From assembly GCA_964367445.1 (NCBI GenBank), contig CAYIXS010000001.1, positions 19,054 to 64,036 on the forward strand: a stretch of 44,983 bases of DNA. The letters run 5' to 3'. The translations under genes were made by a program, and so were the position numbers. The notes below the pieces were generated by a model. The model was not told where the DNA came from. It saw nothing but the letters and a program-made list of their open reading frames with translations, and ran no database searches. Each line of letters begins with the position of its first letter. The stretch's first letter is position 1. Source of the DNA: Candidatus Woesearchaeota archaeon (GTDB lineage: Archaea; Nanobdellota; Nanobdellia; SCGC-AAA011-G17; JACPIM01). This document shows, piece after piece, positions 1 through 8,150 of this stretch.

Positions 1-55
1 TAACATTACAGCCTAATTCAACTGCATTTTATGTAACTGTATTAGCTACCACTAC
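1..55 (+). repeat. Intragenic repeat copy 1 (identical to 337-391, offset 336 nt = 112 codons)
   Basis: Hand alignment: taacattacagcctaattcaactgcattttatgtaactgtattagctaccactac occurs at both positions in the same reading frame (..LTLQPNSTAFYVTVLATTT). Confidence 0.9.
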
Positions 56-1139
56 TACAAGTTCATCAACAAGTACACTACCAAGAGCTAATCTAACATT
101 ATATTTAACAAATTCATCATTCACAGGATTATATCGGAACATAACAGCATTCACAAATGACTCTGTTAACATAACATCAAAAGAACCTTATCCTGCTGAT
201 GTAAATATGACTTTGTATGTAACTAATTATGCTGGGGTAAATGCTAGTTTTAATTATTCCAAGTCATTCTTGCAGAACATAACTAATTTCTGGACAGAAG
301 GAAATTATTTGATTAATATAACTTGGGAAGGCAATTTAACATTACAGCCTAATTCAACTGCATTTTATGTAACTGTATTAGCTACCACTACAACTACGTC
401 AACAAGTTCATCAACTTCAAGCACAACCGCAAGTTCTGGAGAACCAGAAGTAATACCTAGTGCTGGTGGAGGTTCATCTGGTGGTTCTGGTGGTGGAACA
501 AGAATAAGCGAGATAGTACAAAAACCTGAAGAAACCTCTTATTCAATACCTTTATTAGCTCCCGGGGAACTAAATATAAAAATAGGAGATCCATATTCTA
601 ATATTATCTCTGTGTTATTGAACTTAAACCGTGGTTCTTATAATTCTGAGATTAAAGTGAAAAATATTGATATTCCTCCTGAAGGAGTTAGTTTATTTGG
701 AGAAAATGCATTAGATTATTATGAAATTTTAACAACCAACATACCTATAAGTGCAATTAGCGAAACTATGATTACTTTTAAATATAAAAAGACAGAAAAA
801 TCCGTTGGTCTATTTTATTATCTGGACGGAAAATGGAATGAATTAGCTTCAAGGGAGATCAAAGATGATGAGTATTACAATTATTATGAAGCAATAAGCT
901 ATAATTTAGGTTATTTTGTTATTGCAAGAAAAGAGACTACTGAAAAAATAAATATAGAATCTGAATCGGCTGAATCTGGTTTTATAAAAAACATCAGATT
1001 GGTAAAAAACAGGATAAATCACTTAAATTTTAATAACTACAAGTCCGCAATAATAGTCGCAATAAATCTGGTTTTATTAATTCTTATTAGTGTATTATAC
1101 TTGTTTGCATGGGTGATTAAGAAATTTAGAAAAAAATAA
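3..1139 (+). CDS. Surface glycoprotein-like protein, 5'-partial (runs off the left edge)
   Basis: The frame of the 207..1139 ORF stays open back to nt 3. More than 12 N-x-S/T sequons, a Thr/Ser-rich linker (TTTTTSTSSSTSSTTASSG), a Gly-rich stretch, and one C-terminal TM helix followed by KKFRKK. No enzyme motif recognised. Confidence 0.6.
   Translation, partial: TLQPNSTAFYVTVLATTTTSSSTSTLPRANLTLYLTNSSFTGLYRNITAFTNDSVNITSKEPYPADVNMTLYVTNYAGVNASFNYSKSFLQNITNFWTEGNYLINITWEGNLTLQPNSTAFYVTVLATTTTTSTSSSTSSTTASSGEPEVIPSAGGGSSGGSGGGTRISEIVQKPEETSYSIPLLAPGELNIKIGDPYSNIISVLLNLNRGSYNSEIKVKNIDIPPEGVSLFGENALDYYEILTTNIPISAISETMITFKYKKTEKSVGLFYYLDGKWNELASREIKDDEYYNYYEAISYNLGYFVIARKETTEKINIESESAESGFIKNIRLVKNRINHLNFNNYKSAIIVAINLVLLILISVLYLFAWVIKKFRKK
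337..391 (+). repeat. Intragenic repeat copy 2 (domain-plus-linker repeat of the surface protein)
   Basis: 55/55 identity to nt 1-55. Similarity resumes after a 9-nt indel in the Ser/Thr linker. Confidence 0.9.
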
Positions 1140-1193
1140 TTATTTTTTTAAGTTTTGTATTTCTTCTTGTAGCTCTAAAATTCTCGAAATTGC
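1131..1193. repeat. Left copy of a 63-nt imperfect direct repeat flanking the ATPase gene
   Basis: Ungapped alignment to 2639-2701 (offset 1508 nt) gives 58/63 identities by hand count. The core ttttgtatttcttcttgtagctctaaaattct is identical. Confidence 0.9.
1140..1193 (-). pseudogene. Orphan duplicate of the last 17 codons plus stop of prefoldin alpha
   Basis: The reverse complement reads AISRILELQEEIQNLKK*, versus the genuine pfdA C-terminus AISRILELQEEIQNLKD* at 2648-2701. No upstream coding continuation. Confidence 0.75.
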
Positions 1194-2638
1194 TTTTTCC
1201 TATTTTTCTTGTTTTGATAGGTGGTTTTGATTATTATCTGTTAATAACCATCTCCATAAAGGAATAAATTTAATCTTTTTATCTTTAATTTTATCTTCTG
1301 CTTCATAATCCCCGGTTATAATAAACCCTTCCTTTATTTTAAACACTTCTAAAAACTTTATCATTCCTTTGATGTCTTTTAATTTTACTTTTAAAACATA
1401 TTTTACTTCAATAGGTATAATTTGGTTTTCTTTTATAATCACGAAGTCTACTTCTTTATTCCTTTCTCTCCAAAAATAAGGGGCATTAGTAATAAATTGT
1501 ACAAGATTTTCTATTATTTTACCTTCTTCAGCATTAGATAATGACAAGGCAAGGCATGGGTGAATTAAATAATACCTCTTTAATTTTCTTGAAGAAACTC
1601 TAAACGAACCTCTAAAATTTTTTAAACTCTTCAGAATAAAACAGCATTCTAAATAATAAAGATAATTACTGATTACCTGTCTACTTCTGCCAAAATCTTT
1701 TGATAGATCATCCAAATTGATGATTATTCCTGGATTAGATGCTATAACATTAATAAGCTTCTCGATAAGTTCTATGTCTTTGACATCAAATAAAGCGCTT
1801 AAATCTCTAAATATTGCTTTTTCAATTACGCTTTCTTTAATATATTTTTTTCCTATTTCGTCATTAACATTAATAATTTCTGGAAATGGTTTGATTAAAT
1901 ATTCCTTTAATTCTATTTTTATTTCTCTTTTCCATAAACTTATATTTTCTTTAATTTTTTTAATATTTTTATCTTTTAACTCTAAGAATTCTTCAAATGA
2001 GAGTATATTAAGATTAAAATGAAAGATTCTGCCAGCAAGGCTTTCTTTTGCATCAAGCAAAATATTAAGAGAGGCAGAACCAGAGATAAAAAATTTAATA
2101 TTTGGATAGAGATCATAATAAATCTTAATCTTATCTTGCCAATTTTTTAACTTTTGTATTTCATCTAAGAAAATATAAATTTTTTCTCCACTAAGGTCTT
2201 TTTTTAATATCTCTTCTTGGTAAATGTCCATCACTTCCCTTATCTCTTCTATGCTTTCATCAAAAGAGAAGTATAAGATGTTTTTCGGGCTAATATTCTC
2301 TTTGATAAATTGATCTATTAACTGATAAAGTAATGTTGTTTTTCCGACTCTTCTTAAGCCGACAATTGCTATTATCTGCCTTAGTTTGAGATATTTTTTA
2401 ATCTCAAAAAATAATTTTCTCTTGTAATCGGGAGAAAGTTCCTTTTTTATACCTCCCAATTTCCACCAGTGATTCATTTCAGACAGTTTTTCTATTGTAA
2501 CCATATTCGTTATCTACGATTAACTAATATTTAAACTTTTCGTTTCCAATTAGAAACCAATAGATGATAGAATTGTTGAGAGATGATATAAACTGTTATG
2601 AAAAGACAAATGATTGGAACAAGCCAGTGATCGGAGGT
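1194..2638 (-). mobile_element. Candidate inserted cassette (AAA_14/DUF4143 ATPase gene plus its 143-nt upstream region) between the direct repeats
   Basis: The segment sits between the 63-nt direct repeats and separates the convergent surface-protein and pfdA genes. No integrase or transposase is present, so mobility is inferred only from the duplication. Confidence 0.3.
1200..2504 (-). CDS. AAA+ ATPase of the AAA_14 / DUF4143 type
   Basis: Walker A GLRRVGKTTLL, Walker B IFLDEIQ, ~430 aa. The C-terminal part (EVDFVI...IPIEVKY) is typical of the DUF4143 restriction-endonuclease-like module. Confidence 0.8.
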   Translation of the reverse strand: MVTIEKLSEMNHWWKLGGIKKELSPDYKRKLFFEIKKYLKLRQIIAIVGLRRVGKTTLLYQLIDQFIKENISPKNILYFSFDESIEEIREVMDIYQEEILKKDLSGEKIYIFLDEIQKLKNWQDKIKIYYDLYPNIKFFISGSASLNILLDAKESLAGRIFHFNLNILSFEEFLELKDKNIKKIKENISLWKREIKIELKEYLIKPFPEIINVNDEIGKKYIKESVIEKAIFRDLSALFDVKDIELIEKLINVIASNPGIIINLDDLSKDFGRSRQVISNYLYYLECCFILKSLKNFRGSFRVSSRKLKRYYLIHPCLALSLSNAEEGKIIENLVQFITNAPYFWRERNKEVDFVIIKENQIIPIEVKYVLKVKLKDIKGMIKFLEVFKIKEGFIITGDYEAEDKIKDKKIKFIPLWRWLLTDNNQNHLSKQEK

Positions 2639-2701
2639 AAAAAATAATCAATCTTTTAAATTTTGTATTTCTTCTTGTAGCTCTAAAATTCTTGAAATTG
2701 C
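2639..2701. repeat. Right copy of the 63-nt direct repeat (contains the functional pfdA 3' end)
   Basis: See 1131-1193. Confidence 0.9.
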
Positions 2702-3055
2702 CCTTTTTAGCTGTTCTTCTAATTTCATTAATGATTCTGAAATTTCTTTTTGCTGATTTTCAATGATTAAATTTGCGTCTTTAATTTTTTTATTTATAAA
2801 AATATCAGAACCTATATTAAATAATACTTCTTTTGTATCTTTTAATACTGCTTTAGCAAATATTCCTTGGCCTATTTGTGAAAAAATATCTTTATCTTGT
2901 TTTGAATTCTCTAAATTCATAAGAGCCTCATTAAGTTTTGATAATTCTGAATTTTGCTGACTTAGCATGCTGCCTTGTTGTTGTAGGTTTTCTATATGTT
3001 GTTGAAGAAGCTGATATTCAATTAATTTTTGTTGAATCTCTTTTTTATCTTTCAT
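2648..3055 (-). CDS. pfdA: Prefoldin alpha subunit
   Basis: 135-aa coiled-coil protein. The central GQGIFAKAVLKDTKEVLFNIGSDIFINKKIKDA double beta-hairpin region is typical of the alpha (not beta) subunit. Confidence 0.8.
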   Translation of the reverse strand: MKDKKEIQQKLIEYQLLQQHIENLQQQGSMLSQQNSELSKLNEALMNLENSKQDKDIFSQIGQGIFAKAVLKDTKEVLFNIGSDIFINKKIKDANLIIENQQKEISESLMKLEEQLKRAISRILELQEEIQNLKD

Positions 3056-3672
3056 TTTTTCTTTTCTGCTTTTTCTTTAACTTTTTTTGATTTAGTAACT
3101 TCTCCAGTTTGCATTTTTCCTTCTCTTTTGTGCTTTGGTTTTTCCTTTTCTGGCTTTGATTTGGGTTTTTTTACTTCTATACCTAATTCTTTTAACTCTT
3201 TGATCACTACTTCTGTTGAAGCTTTTGGCTTAATTTTAATTTTTTTATCTAAAGTTTCAATATGTTTTATATTTGCCTTTTTTCTTCTCACTTGGCCATC
3301 TAACAAAACATAATTATTATCTATTATATCAACTATAACCCCTATTTTTCCAGCATCTCTGCCCTGTGTTTTGATTATTAATCTTCCTGTTTCTATTTTT
3401 TCATTTACTACATTAAACTTCTTGCTTATTGCTTCTGCTGTACAAGAATGGCATAAGAAACCGCCAAACATCCTCTCTGGTCTTCGCTGTACTTTTGGCA
3501 TTCTCCTCAAGTTAACTGCCCTCTCCCTTGGTACACCATGCAAGATATTTCCGCAATGGGCACAATGAGCTTGATTTGGTTTTCTTTTTCTATAGTGTAT
3601 AGCTAATTTACCACCAGGTAGCTTTACTTTAATTCTCTTAAAACTCCTTGTTCTGTGTGGTTGTAGTGGCAT
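3052..3672 (-). CDS. Ribosomal protein L34e fused in frame to ribosomal protein L14e, with a Lys-rich tail
   Basis: N-terminal ~95 aa: L34e (MPLQPHRTRSFKR..CAHCGN..CHSC Zn ribbon). Residues ~97-170: L14e KOW domain (GRLIIKTQGRDAGKIGVIVDIIDNNYVLLDG). No stop codon between them. Confidence 0.85.
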   Translation of the reverse strand: MPLQPHRTRSFKRIKVKLPGGKLAIHYRKRKPNQAHCAHCGNILHGVPRERAVNLRRMPKVQRRPERMFGGFLCHSCTAEAISKKFNVVNEKIETGRLIIKTQGRDAGKIGVIVDIIDNNYVLLDGQVRRKKANIKHIETLDKKIKIKPKASTEVVIKELKELGIEVKKPKSKPEKEKPKHKREGKMQTGEVTKSKKVKEKAEKKK

Positions 3673-3687
3673 TTTATTTTTTGTTTA

Positions 3688-4137
3688 TTAGTAAACTTTT
3701 AAAACCTTTCTAATTATGATACTGAAGATTACTGAAAATAGAATATAGCTCCAAAGCCAGCTTAAACCAAATATGATTTTAATATCTTCTCCATTGGTTG
3801 TAAAGGTTTCTCTTAACCATCCCAATATCAAAATAAGCGGTAAAAAGGTTATTAACATCGGTTTAAATATGTGTTTATAAGATTCCATCATTAGTGGGCT
3901 TAACTGTTTTTGTTTTTCAAGCATCTTTTCTGGACTGCTTTTTAAACCCTTAATTTCATTTTGTATATTTTTCATTTCCTCTCTAATAGATTTTAATCTT
4001 TCTTGATTCGTGGTAAATTTATAAATCAATGTTGTAAAAAGAGTTATTATAAAAGTTATTATCATCAAATTATATGGTGCACCTAGATTGATCGCCCAAC
4101 CAAAGATTAAATCAAAAAAACCACTTAAAAATGCCAT
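3688..4137 (-). CDS. DUF106 membrane protein (archaeal YidC/Oxa1/EMC3-like insertase)
   Basis: Three TM segments with a charged coiled-coil insert (ERLKSIREEMKNIQNEIKGLK). Conserved position directly downstream of secY in archaea. Confidence 0.75.
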   Translation of the reverse strand: MAFLSGFFDLIFGWAINLGAPYNLMIITFIITLFTTLIYKFTTNQERLKSIREEMKNIQNEIKGLKSSPEKMLEKQKQLSPLMMESYKHIFKPMLITFLPLILILGWLRETFTTNGEDIKIIFGLSWLWSYILFSVIFSIIIRKVLKVY

Positions 4138-4138
4138 T

Positions 4139-5575
4139 TTATTTCTCCATAACTTTTCTTAATGAAGGATACATATCCATCATATGTTGTTGCGCTATAT
4201 CTTCATACAGCCTATAAATTATCATTACTGTTAGCAAAAGCCCAGTACCAGAAGTTAATGCTCCTAATAAGTCAGCTGATGCTGCCAAAAAACCTATTGA
4301 GATACCACCCATTATTGTTAATGGGGTTATATATCTTTTTAAAATTTGTTCTAAAACTCGTTGATCTCTTCTAAAACCTGGAATTTGTAATCCTGAAGCC
4401 ATCATTTGTTTGGCTTGAGATCCTGCATCCATTCCAGATGTTTGAACCCAGAAGTATGAAAATATTACTGAACCTATTACCATTATTAATAAATAAGAGA
4501 GAGCATGCCCTAAGTCGATTAATCTAAAAGATCCCGTTATAAGGTTTTGTATTATTGTCGGGCTTGAAGTCCAAGCCACTAACCCCCCTTGTGGCGTGTT
4601 GCCTACATACTGACCCAACACATTAGACGATATAAAAGTAATAACCTTATTTCCTGTATTTGTAGCTGCTGACTGTAATAATCTTGCTAGTAGCTGTGTA
4701 TTTGCTAAGAAGGCAGCGATCAATATAACTGGTATATTTGAGGTATATAAAAATTTTAACGGCCATCTAATACCATGGCCACGTATCCTACCAAAAGATA
4801 AAGGAATTTCTACTTTCATGGCTTGAGCATAAACAGAGAATGCAAAAACAATAACTGTTGCAAGAATTGCTGATAGAGCGATTAATGCCTGTGTTGGATG
4901 TCCGCTAGCTAAAGAGGTAAATAAAACCCATATTTGGCCTACTGCTGCTTCTCCTTTGCCTAGGGCCCAAGTACCTAATGAACTTAAGGGTGAAAGGGCT
5001 CTTACAAATAAACTAGAAGCTACTCCTGCAGCTATAAATAATGATACTCCTGAACCAAAACCCCATTTATTGATTACATCGTCCATGTACATTATTAGTA
5101 ATCCTCCAACAAATAATTGAAAGATTAGCATAAATTGAGCAAATCTAAATGTTGCTGGTGATAAATTTGGTGATGGTGATAAACCCCCCATCAACACATA
5201 TATCATTGCTTCGAATATTATGAAGAATAAAATCAATATTTTTTGTATGCCTTGGAAGAATGATCTTCCTTCTGGGCTGGTTGTATCTATCTTTAATAAT
5301 CCTGAACCAACCAAAAGCTGGATTACAATTGACGCTGTTACAATTGGGCCTATACCCAAAGAGGCGATGGTTCCAAATTTTGCACCTAAAATAACTGAAA
5401 GCTGCTCTAGAAACGATAGAGAATTGCTGCTTAAACCATATAGCGGTATTACACTAAGGATATAAAAAGCGACTAATATTAACAAAGACCATTTTAATTT
5501 TGTTTTAAACGGCAATCTTTTTTCAGTTGGTTTTCTAACTTCTGGCAGAAAATCTAGTATAGAAGTAAGTTTCAT
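4139..5575 (-). CDS. secY: Preprotein translocase subunit SecY
   Basis: 478 aa, 10 TM pattern, operon position after rpl15. Motifs such as GIGPIVTASIV and SNIPVILIAA. Confidence 0.95.
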   Translation of the reverse strand: MKLTSILDFLPEVRKPTEKRLPFKTKLKWSLLILVAFYILSVIPLYGLSSNSLSFLEQLSVILGAKFGTIASLGIGPIVTASIVIQLLVGSGLLKIDTTSPEGRSFFQGIQKILILFFIIFEAMIYVLMGGLSPSPNLSPATFRFAQFMLIFQLFVGGLLIMYMDDVINKWGFGSGVSLFIAAGVASSLFVRALSPLSSLGTWALGKGEAAVGQIWVLFTSLASGHPTQALIALSAILATVIVFAFSVYAQAMKVEIPLSFGRIRGHGIRWPLKFLYTSNIPVILIAAFLANTQLLARLLQSAATNTGNKVITFISSNVLGQYVGNTPQGGLVAWTSSPTIIQNLITGSFRLIDLGHALSYLLIMVIGSVIFSYFWVQTSGMDAGSQAKQMMASGLQIPGFRRDQRVLEQILKRYITPLTIMGGISIGFLAASADLLGALTSGTGLLLTVMIIYRLYEDIAQQHMMDMYPSLRKVMEK

Positions 5576-5991
5576 TTGGATGTAGCTATAGAGCCTCCTG
5601 CTTTTTCTATTTTTTCTTTTGCTAGTTCAGAACAAGATTCTACTTTTATGATATATTTTTTAGTTACTTTTCCATCTCCTAAAAGTTTGTTAAAACCTAA
5701 GTCTATTAAGTTTATTTCTGTTTTATTGAACTTTGCTAAATCGCCTACATTTAAGGTTTTTATTTTTTTATTGATAATTTTTTGTGGTCTTTTGAAACCT
5801 GACTTACCAAAATAGTTATTTAATCCAAATTTTTTTATTATGGTTGGTTTTAATTGATCTGATTTCTTACCTGATCCAGCTAGTCCACGACCACCACGAT
5901 TGCCTGCCCCTCTATGTTTTTTCATTGCGCCCCAACCGTGGGTTTTTGAACCGCGCTGTCTTGAATTTTTCCTTCTCTTATTAACCGCCAT
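5572..5991 (-). CDS. rpl15: 50S ribosomal protein L15 (uL15)
   Basis: N-terminal RKNSRQRGSKTHGWG..GAGNRGGRG motif; operon order. Confidence 0.95.
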   Translation of the reverse strand: MAVNKRRKNSRQRGSKTHGWGAMKKHRGAGNRGGRGLAGSGKKSDQLKPTIIKKFGLNNYFGKSGFKRPQKIINKKIKTLNVGDLAKFNKTEINLIDLGFNKLLGDGKVTKKYIIKVESCSELAKEKIEKAGGSIATSK

Positions 5992-5992
5992 A

Positions 5993-6469
5993 TTATATCA
6001 TCCTTTTGATTAAATCATTTATCTTGTCTTTTCTATAACCTAAAACCCCGCCTTTTGAGAATTGTTCTTTAATCCCGCCAGTTTCAAATCCCCCGCGCGG
6101 TGGTAGAAGTTTAAAGAATAATTTTAAACCTGGAACCTCTTTTAGTTCTCTTTTAAATTCAAATATCTCTTTAGCTAGAGTATCTATAGATATCTTTAAT
6201 TTTTCTTTTACATATTCTTCAGTTAAGCTTTTTTTTCTCGCTAGTTTTCCTCTTTTTTTAATTAATAGTGCTAATGTTTCTTGATCTATCTCTCCCCAAG
6301 TGATGTAATTGTTAATTTTCTTTATCATCCCCAGTATATCTTTTTCATTTTGAACTATGACACAACTATGTTTTTTATACAACCTTAACATATTTAATGT
6401 GTCTTTTATTCCTTTTCTAAGCCCTGATTTTCCTTGGATTCTTATTGCTACAAGTCTTTTCTTATCCAT
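5993..6469 (-). CDS. rpl30: 50S ribosomal protein L30 (uL30)
   Basis: LVAIRIQGKSGLRKGIKDTLNMLRL motif; operon order. Confidence 0.95.
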   Translation of the reverse strand: MDKKRLVAIRIQGKSGLRKGIKDTLNMLRLYKKHSCVIVQNEKDILGMIKKINNYITWGEIDQETLALLIKKRGKLARKKSLTEEYVKEKLKISIDTLAKEIFEFKRELKEVPGLKLFFKLLPPRGGFETGGIKEQFSKGGVLGYRKDKINDLIKRMI

Positions 6470-6470
6470 T

Positions 6471-7175
6471 TTACACCTTTATCTCTGATAACTGTTTTAG
6501 GGCATTAAAACAGGCTCTTATTAGATTTAGTTTTGTCTTTGTATTTCTTGATGTTCTTGAATATATATCTTGTATTCCTGCTAACTTTAACATTTTAGCA
6601 CATTCTTTTTCTATGACTAATGATGCTCCTCGCGGGGCGGGCATAAGTTTAATTTCTACTGAACCGCATTTTCCTCTTACTGTAAATGGAATTGAATTAT
6701 TGCCTTTTGGATCGCCTTCCCAAGAACCACAACCTAATTTTATCTTAATTAAATTTAGCTTGGCATTTCTAATAGCTTTTTCTCTTGCTGGTACGGTTTC
6801 CCTAGATTTACCAAATCCTAGACCAATAAGGCCATTTTTATTTCCAACAATTGCTGTGGCTGAGAATTTTGGTTTGTTTCCTTCTTGCGTCTTTTTCTGC
6901 GTCTGTCTCCATATGCTTCTCTTTCCGCCACCAAATTTACCCTTGCTTTGACCCACTGAGATAAGATCTGTCTCTAGTCCTGGTAGCAGAATATCAGTTA
7001 TTTCTGCCTCAAGTATCTTTAATCCCTTAGACAAAATTTCATCTATTGTTTTTATCTCGCCAGATTTTACTTTTCTACCTAGCTCTGTTTTGGGAGTCCA
7101 TTTTTCTTTATCAAATTCTTTAATCCTGCGTATTCCTGTTTCTTCTATCCGTTGATTTTTTCTTTTTTTCTTCAT
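6471..7175 (-). CDS. rps5: 30S ribosomal protein S5 (uS5)
   Basis: FSATAIVGNKNGLIGLGFGKSRETVPAREKA and the GSVEIKLMPAPRG region; operon order. Confidence 0.95.
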   Translation of the reverse strand: MKKKRKNQRIEETGIRRIKEFDKEKWTPKTELGRKVKSGEIKTIDEILSKGLKILEAEITDILLPGLETDLISVGQSKGKFGGGKRSIWRQTQKKTQEGNKPKFSATAIVGNKNGLIGLGFGKSRETVPAREKAIRNAKLNLIKIKLGCGSWEGDPKGNNSIPFTVRGKCGSVEIKLMPAPRGASLVIEKECAKMLKLAGIQDIYSRTSRNTKTKLNLIRACFNALKQLSEIKV

Positions 7176-7702
7176 TTTTTATTAGAGATATTTATTTTTA
7201 TTTCTTCAAAATGTTTAGGTAATTCCGCTGGGTTTATTTTATAACTTTTAAAAATATTATTATTTATTTTTGAATAATCTGCTATATGTTGTCCTTTAAT
7301 TCTTGATTCTCCTGGTAATATATTATCATTTAAGTTTATTTTTAAGCCTTTATCCTTGGCCCCTTTTAATAGCGCAAATATAACTGCCCCTTTATTTGGG
7401 GTATTGAAACCTATATCTGGTGTAACTTCTTTAATGCCTTTTTCAATGGCTTTTTTTCCTATTAAAATCCCTGTTAAATATGCCGCGGGTATATTTTTTA
7501 AACCTCCCTTCCAACCATATTCTTCTAATTCCTTAGAATTACATGATACCAGGGTATTATCTCCTTTTGGAGAATATTCTATTATCTGTGAATTGATCTT
7601 GGTTAATGATTTTCGTATAACTAGGCGGGGCTTATTTGATAACAGCAATTTAAGCCTTTTCCTATAATTTGTTCTACCTTCACTTTTTCTTTTTAGTTGC
7701 AT
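7172..7702 (-). CDS. rpl18: 50S ribosomal protein L18 (uL18)
   Basis: RKSEGRTNYRKRLKLL..PRLVIRKSL start; operon order. 23-nt overlap with rpl19e. Confidence 0.95.
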   Translation of the reverse strand: MQLKRKSEGRTNYRKRLKLLLSNKPRLVIRKSLTKINSQIIEYSPKGDNTLVSCNSKELEEYGWKGGLKNIPAAYLTGILIGKKAIEKGIKEVTPDIGFNTPNKGAVIFALLKGAKDKGLKINLNDNILPGESRIKGQHIADYSKINNNIFKSYKINPAELPKHFEEIKINISNKK

Positions 7703-8150
7703 TTTTGTTTGTAAGATTATTATCCTCCAAGTACAGCTTAATTAAACGGATACTTCTGAAACGATTACTTTTTGTTTTGTGATATATATCCCGATAAACC
7801 GGTTTTGTGATTACACCTTTGTTTTTTAAATGCTTTATAAACTTTCTTTGTGCTCTGATACCTGCCATCCAAAATTTTTTTTGCGGTAATCTTGAGGTTT
7901 TTTTGCCCTTTTTTGAGCCTATCCCTTTTCTTCTTCCTTTTGCTTTTTGTATTCTTATCTTTCTTGAACGTGCTTTAGAATGCCCTTTTTTCTTATTTAT
8001 AGAAATTGCTCCTGCGGATATTAATGATTTAAGATCCGCCTTTGTAATTGCTTCTTTAATTTCGGCTAGTTTACTTGGATCTAGTTTAACCCGATTAATT
8101 CCCACATTAAAAAGCCTTGCAACTATCCTTCTTTGGTTTCTTACATTCAT
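7680..8150 (-). CDS. rpl19e: 50S ribosomal protein L19e
   Basis: NQRRIVARLFNVGINRVKLDP..EIKEAITKADL start, typical of eL19. Confidence 0.95.
   Translation of the reverse strand: MNVRNQRRIVARLFNVGINRVKLDPSKLAEIKEAITKADLKSLISAGAISINKKKGHSKARSRKIRIQKAKGRRKGIGSKKGKKTSRLPQKKFWMAGIRAQRKFIKHLKNKGVITKPVYRDIYHKTKSNRFRSIRLIKLYLEDNNLTNKNATKKKK

Noticed and set aside
2505-2647. C/D-box sRNA or other ncRNA in the 143-nt spacer upstream of the ATPase gene (gatgat and ctg motifs, plus an acctccgatcac string reminiscent of the 16S 3' end).
   Set aside because: There is no exact C box (RUGAUGA) with a properly spaced D box (CUGA) and no terminal stem. The region is more simply the ATPase promoter and leader (tttaaatatt TATA about 30 nt from the ATG).
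2648-3055. Assignment of the coiled-coil protein as prefoldin beta.
   Set aside because: The central region has the two-hairpin GxGxFxKAxxxDxxxVLxxxGxxxxxxxxxxxA pattern and the length typical of the alpha subunit, so it is called pfdA.
6445-6951. Long + strand ORFs in the track across the r-protein operon and elsewhere (for example 1717-2022, 3029-3313, 6445-6951, 7807-8307, 8133-8339, 11398-11805, 12882-13109, 15672-16004).
   Set aside because: They lie antisense to genes with unmistakable homology. They translate to Phe/Leu/Ser/Ile-rich low-complexity peptides, as expected from the complement of Lys/Glu/Asn-rich AT-rich coding sequence. They also lack promoter context. These are shadow ORFs.
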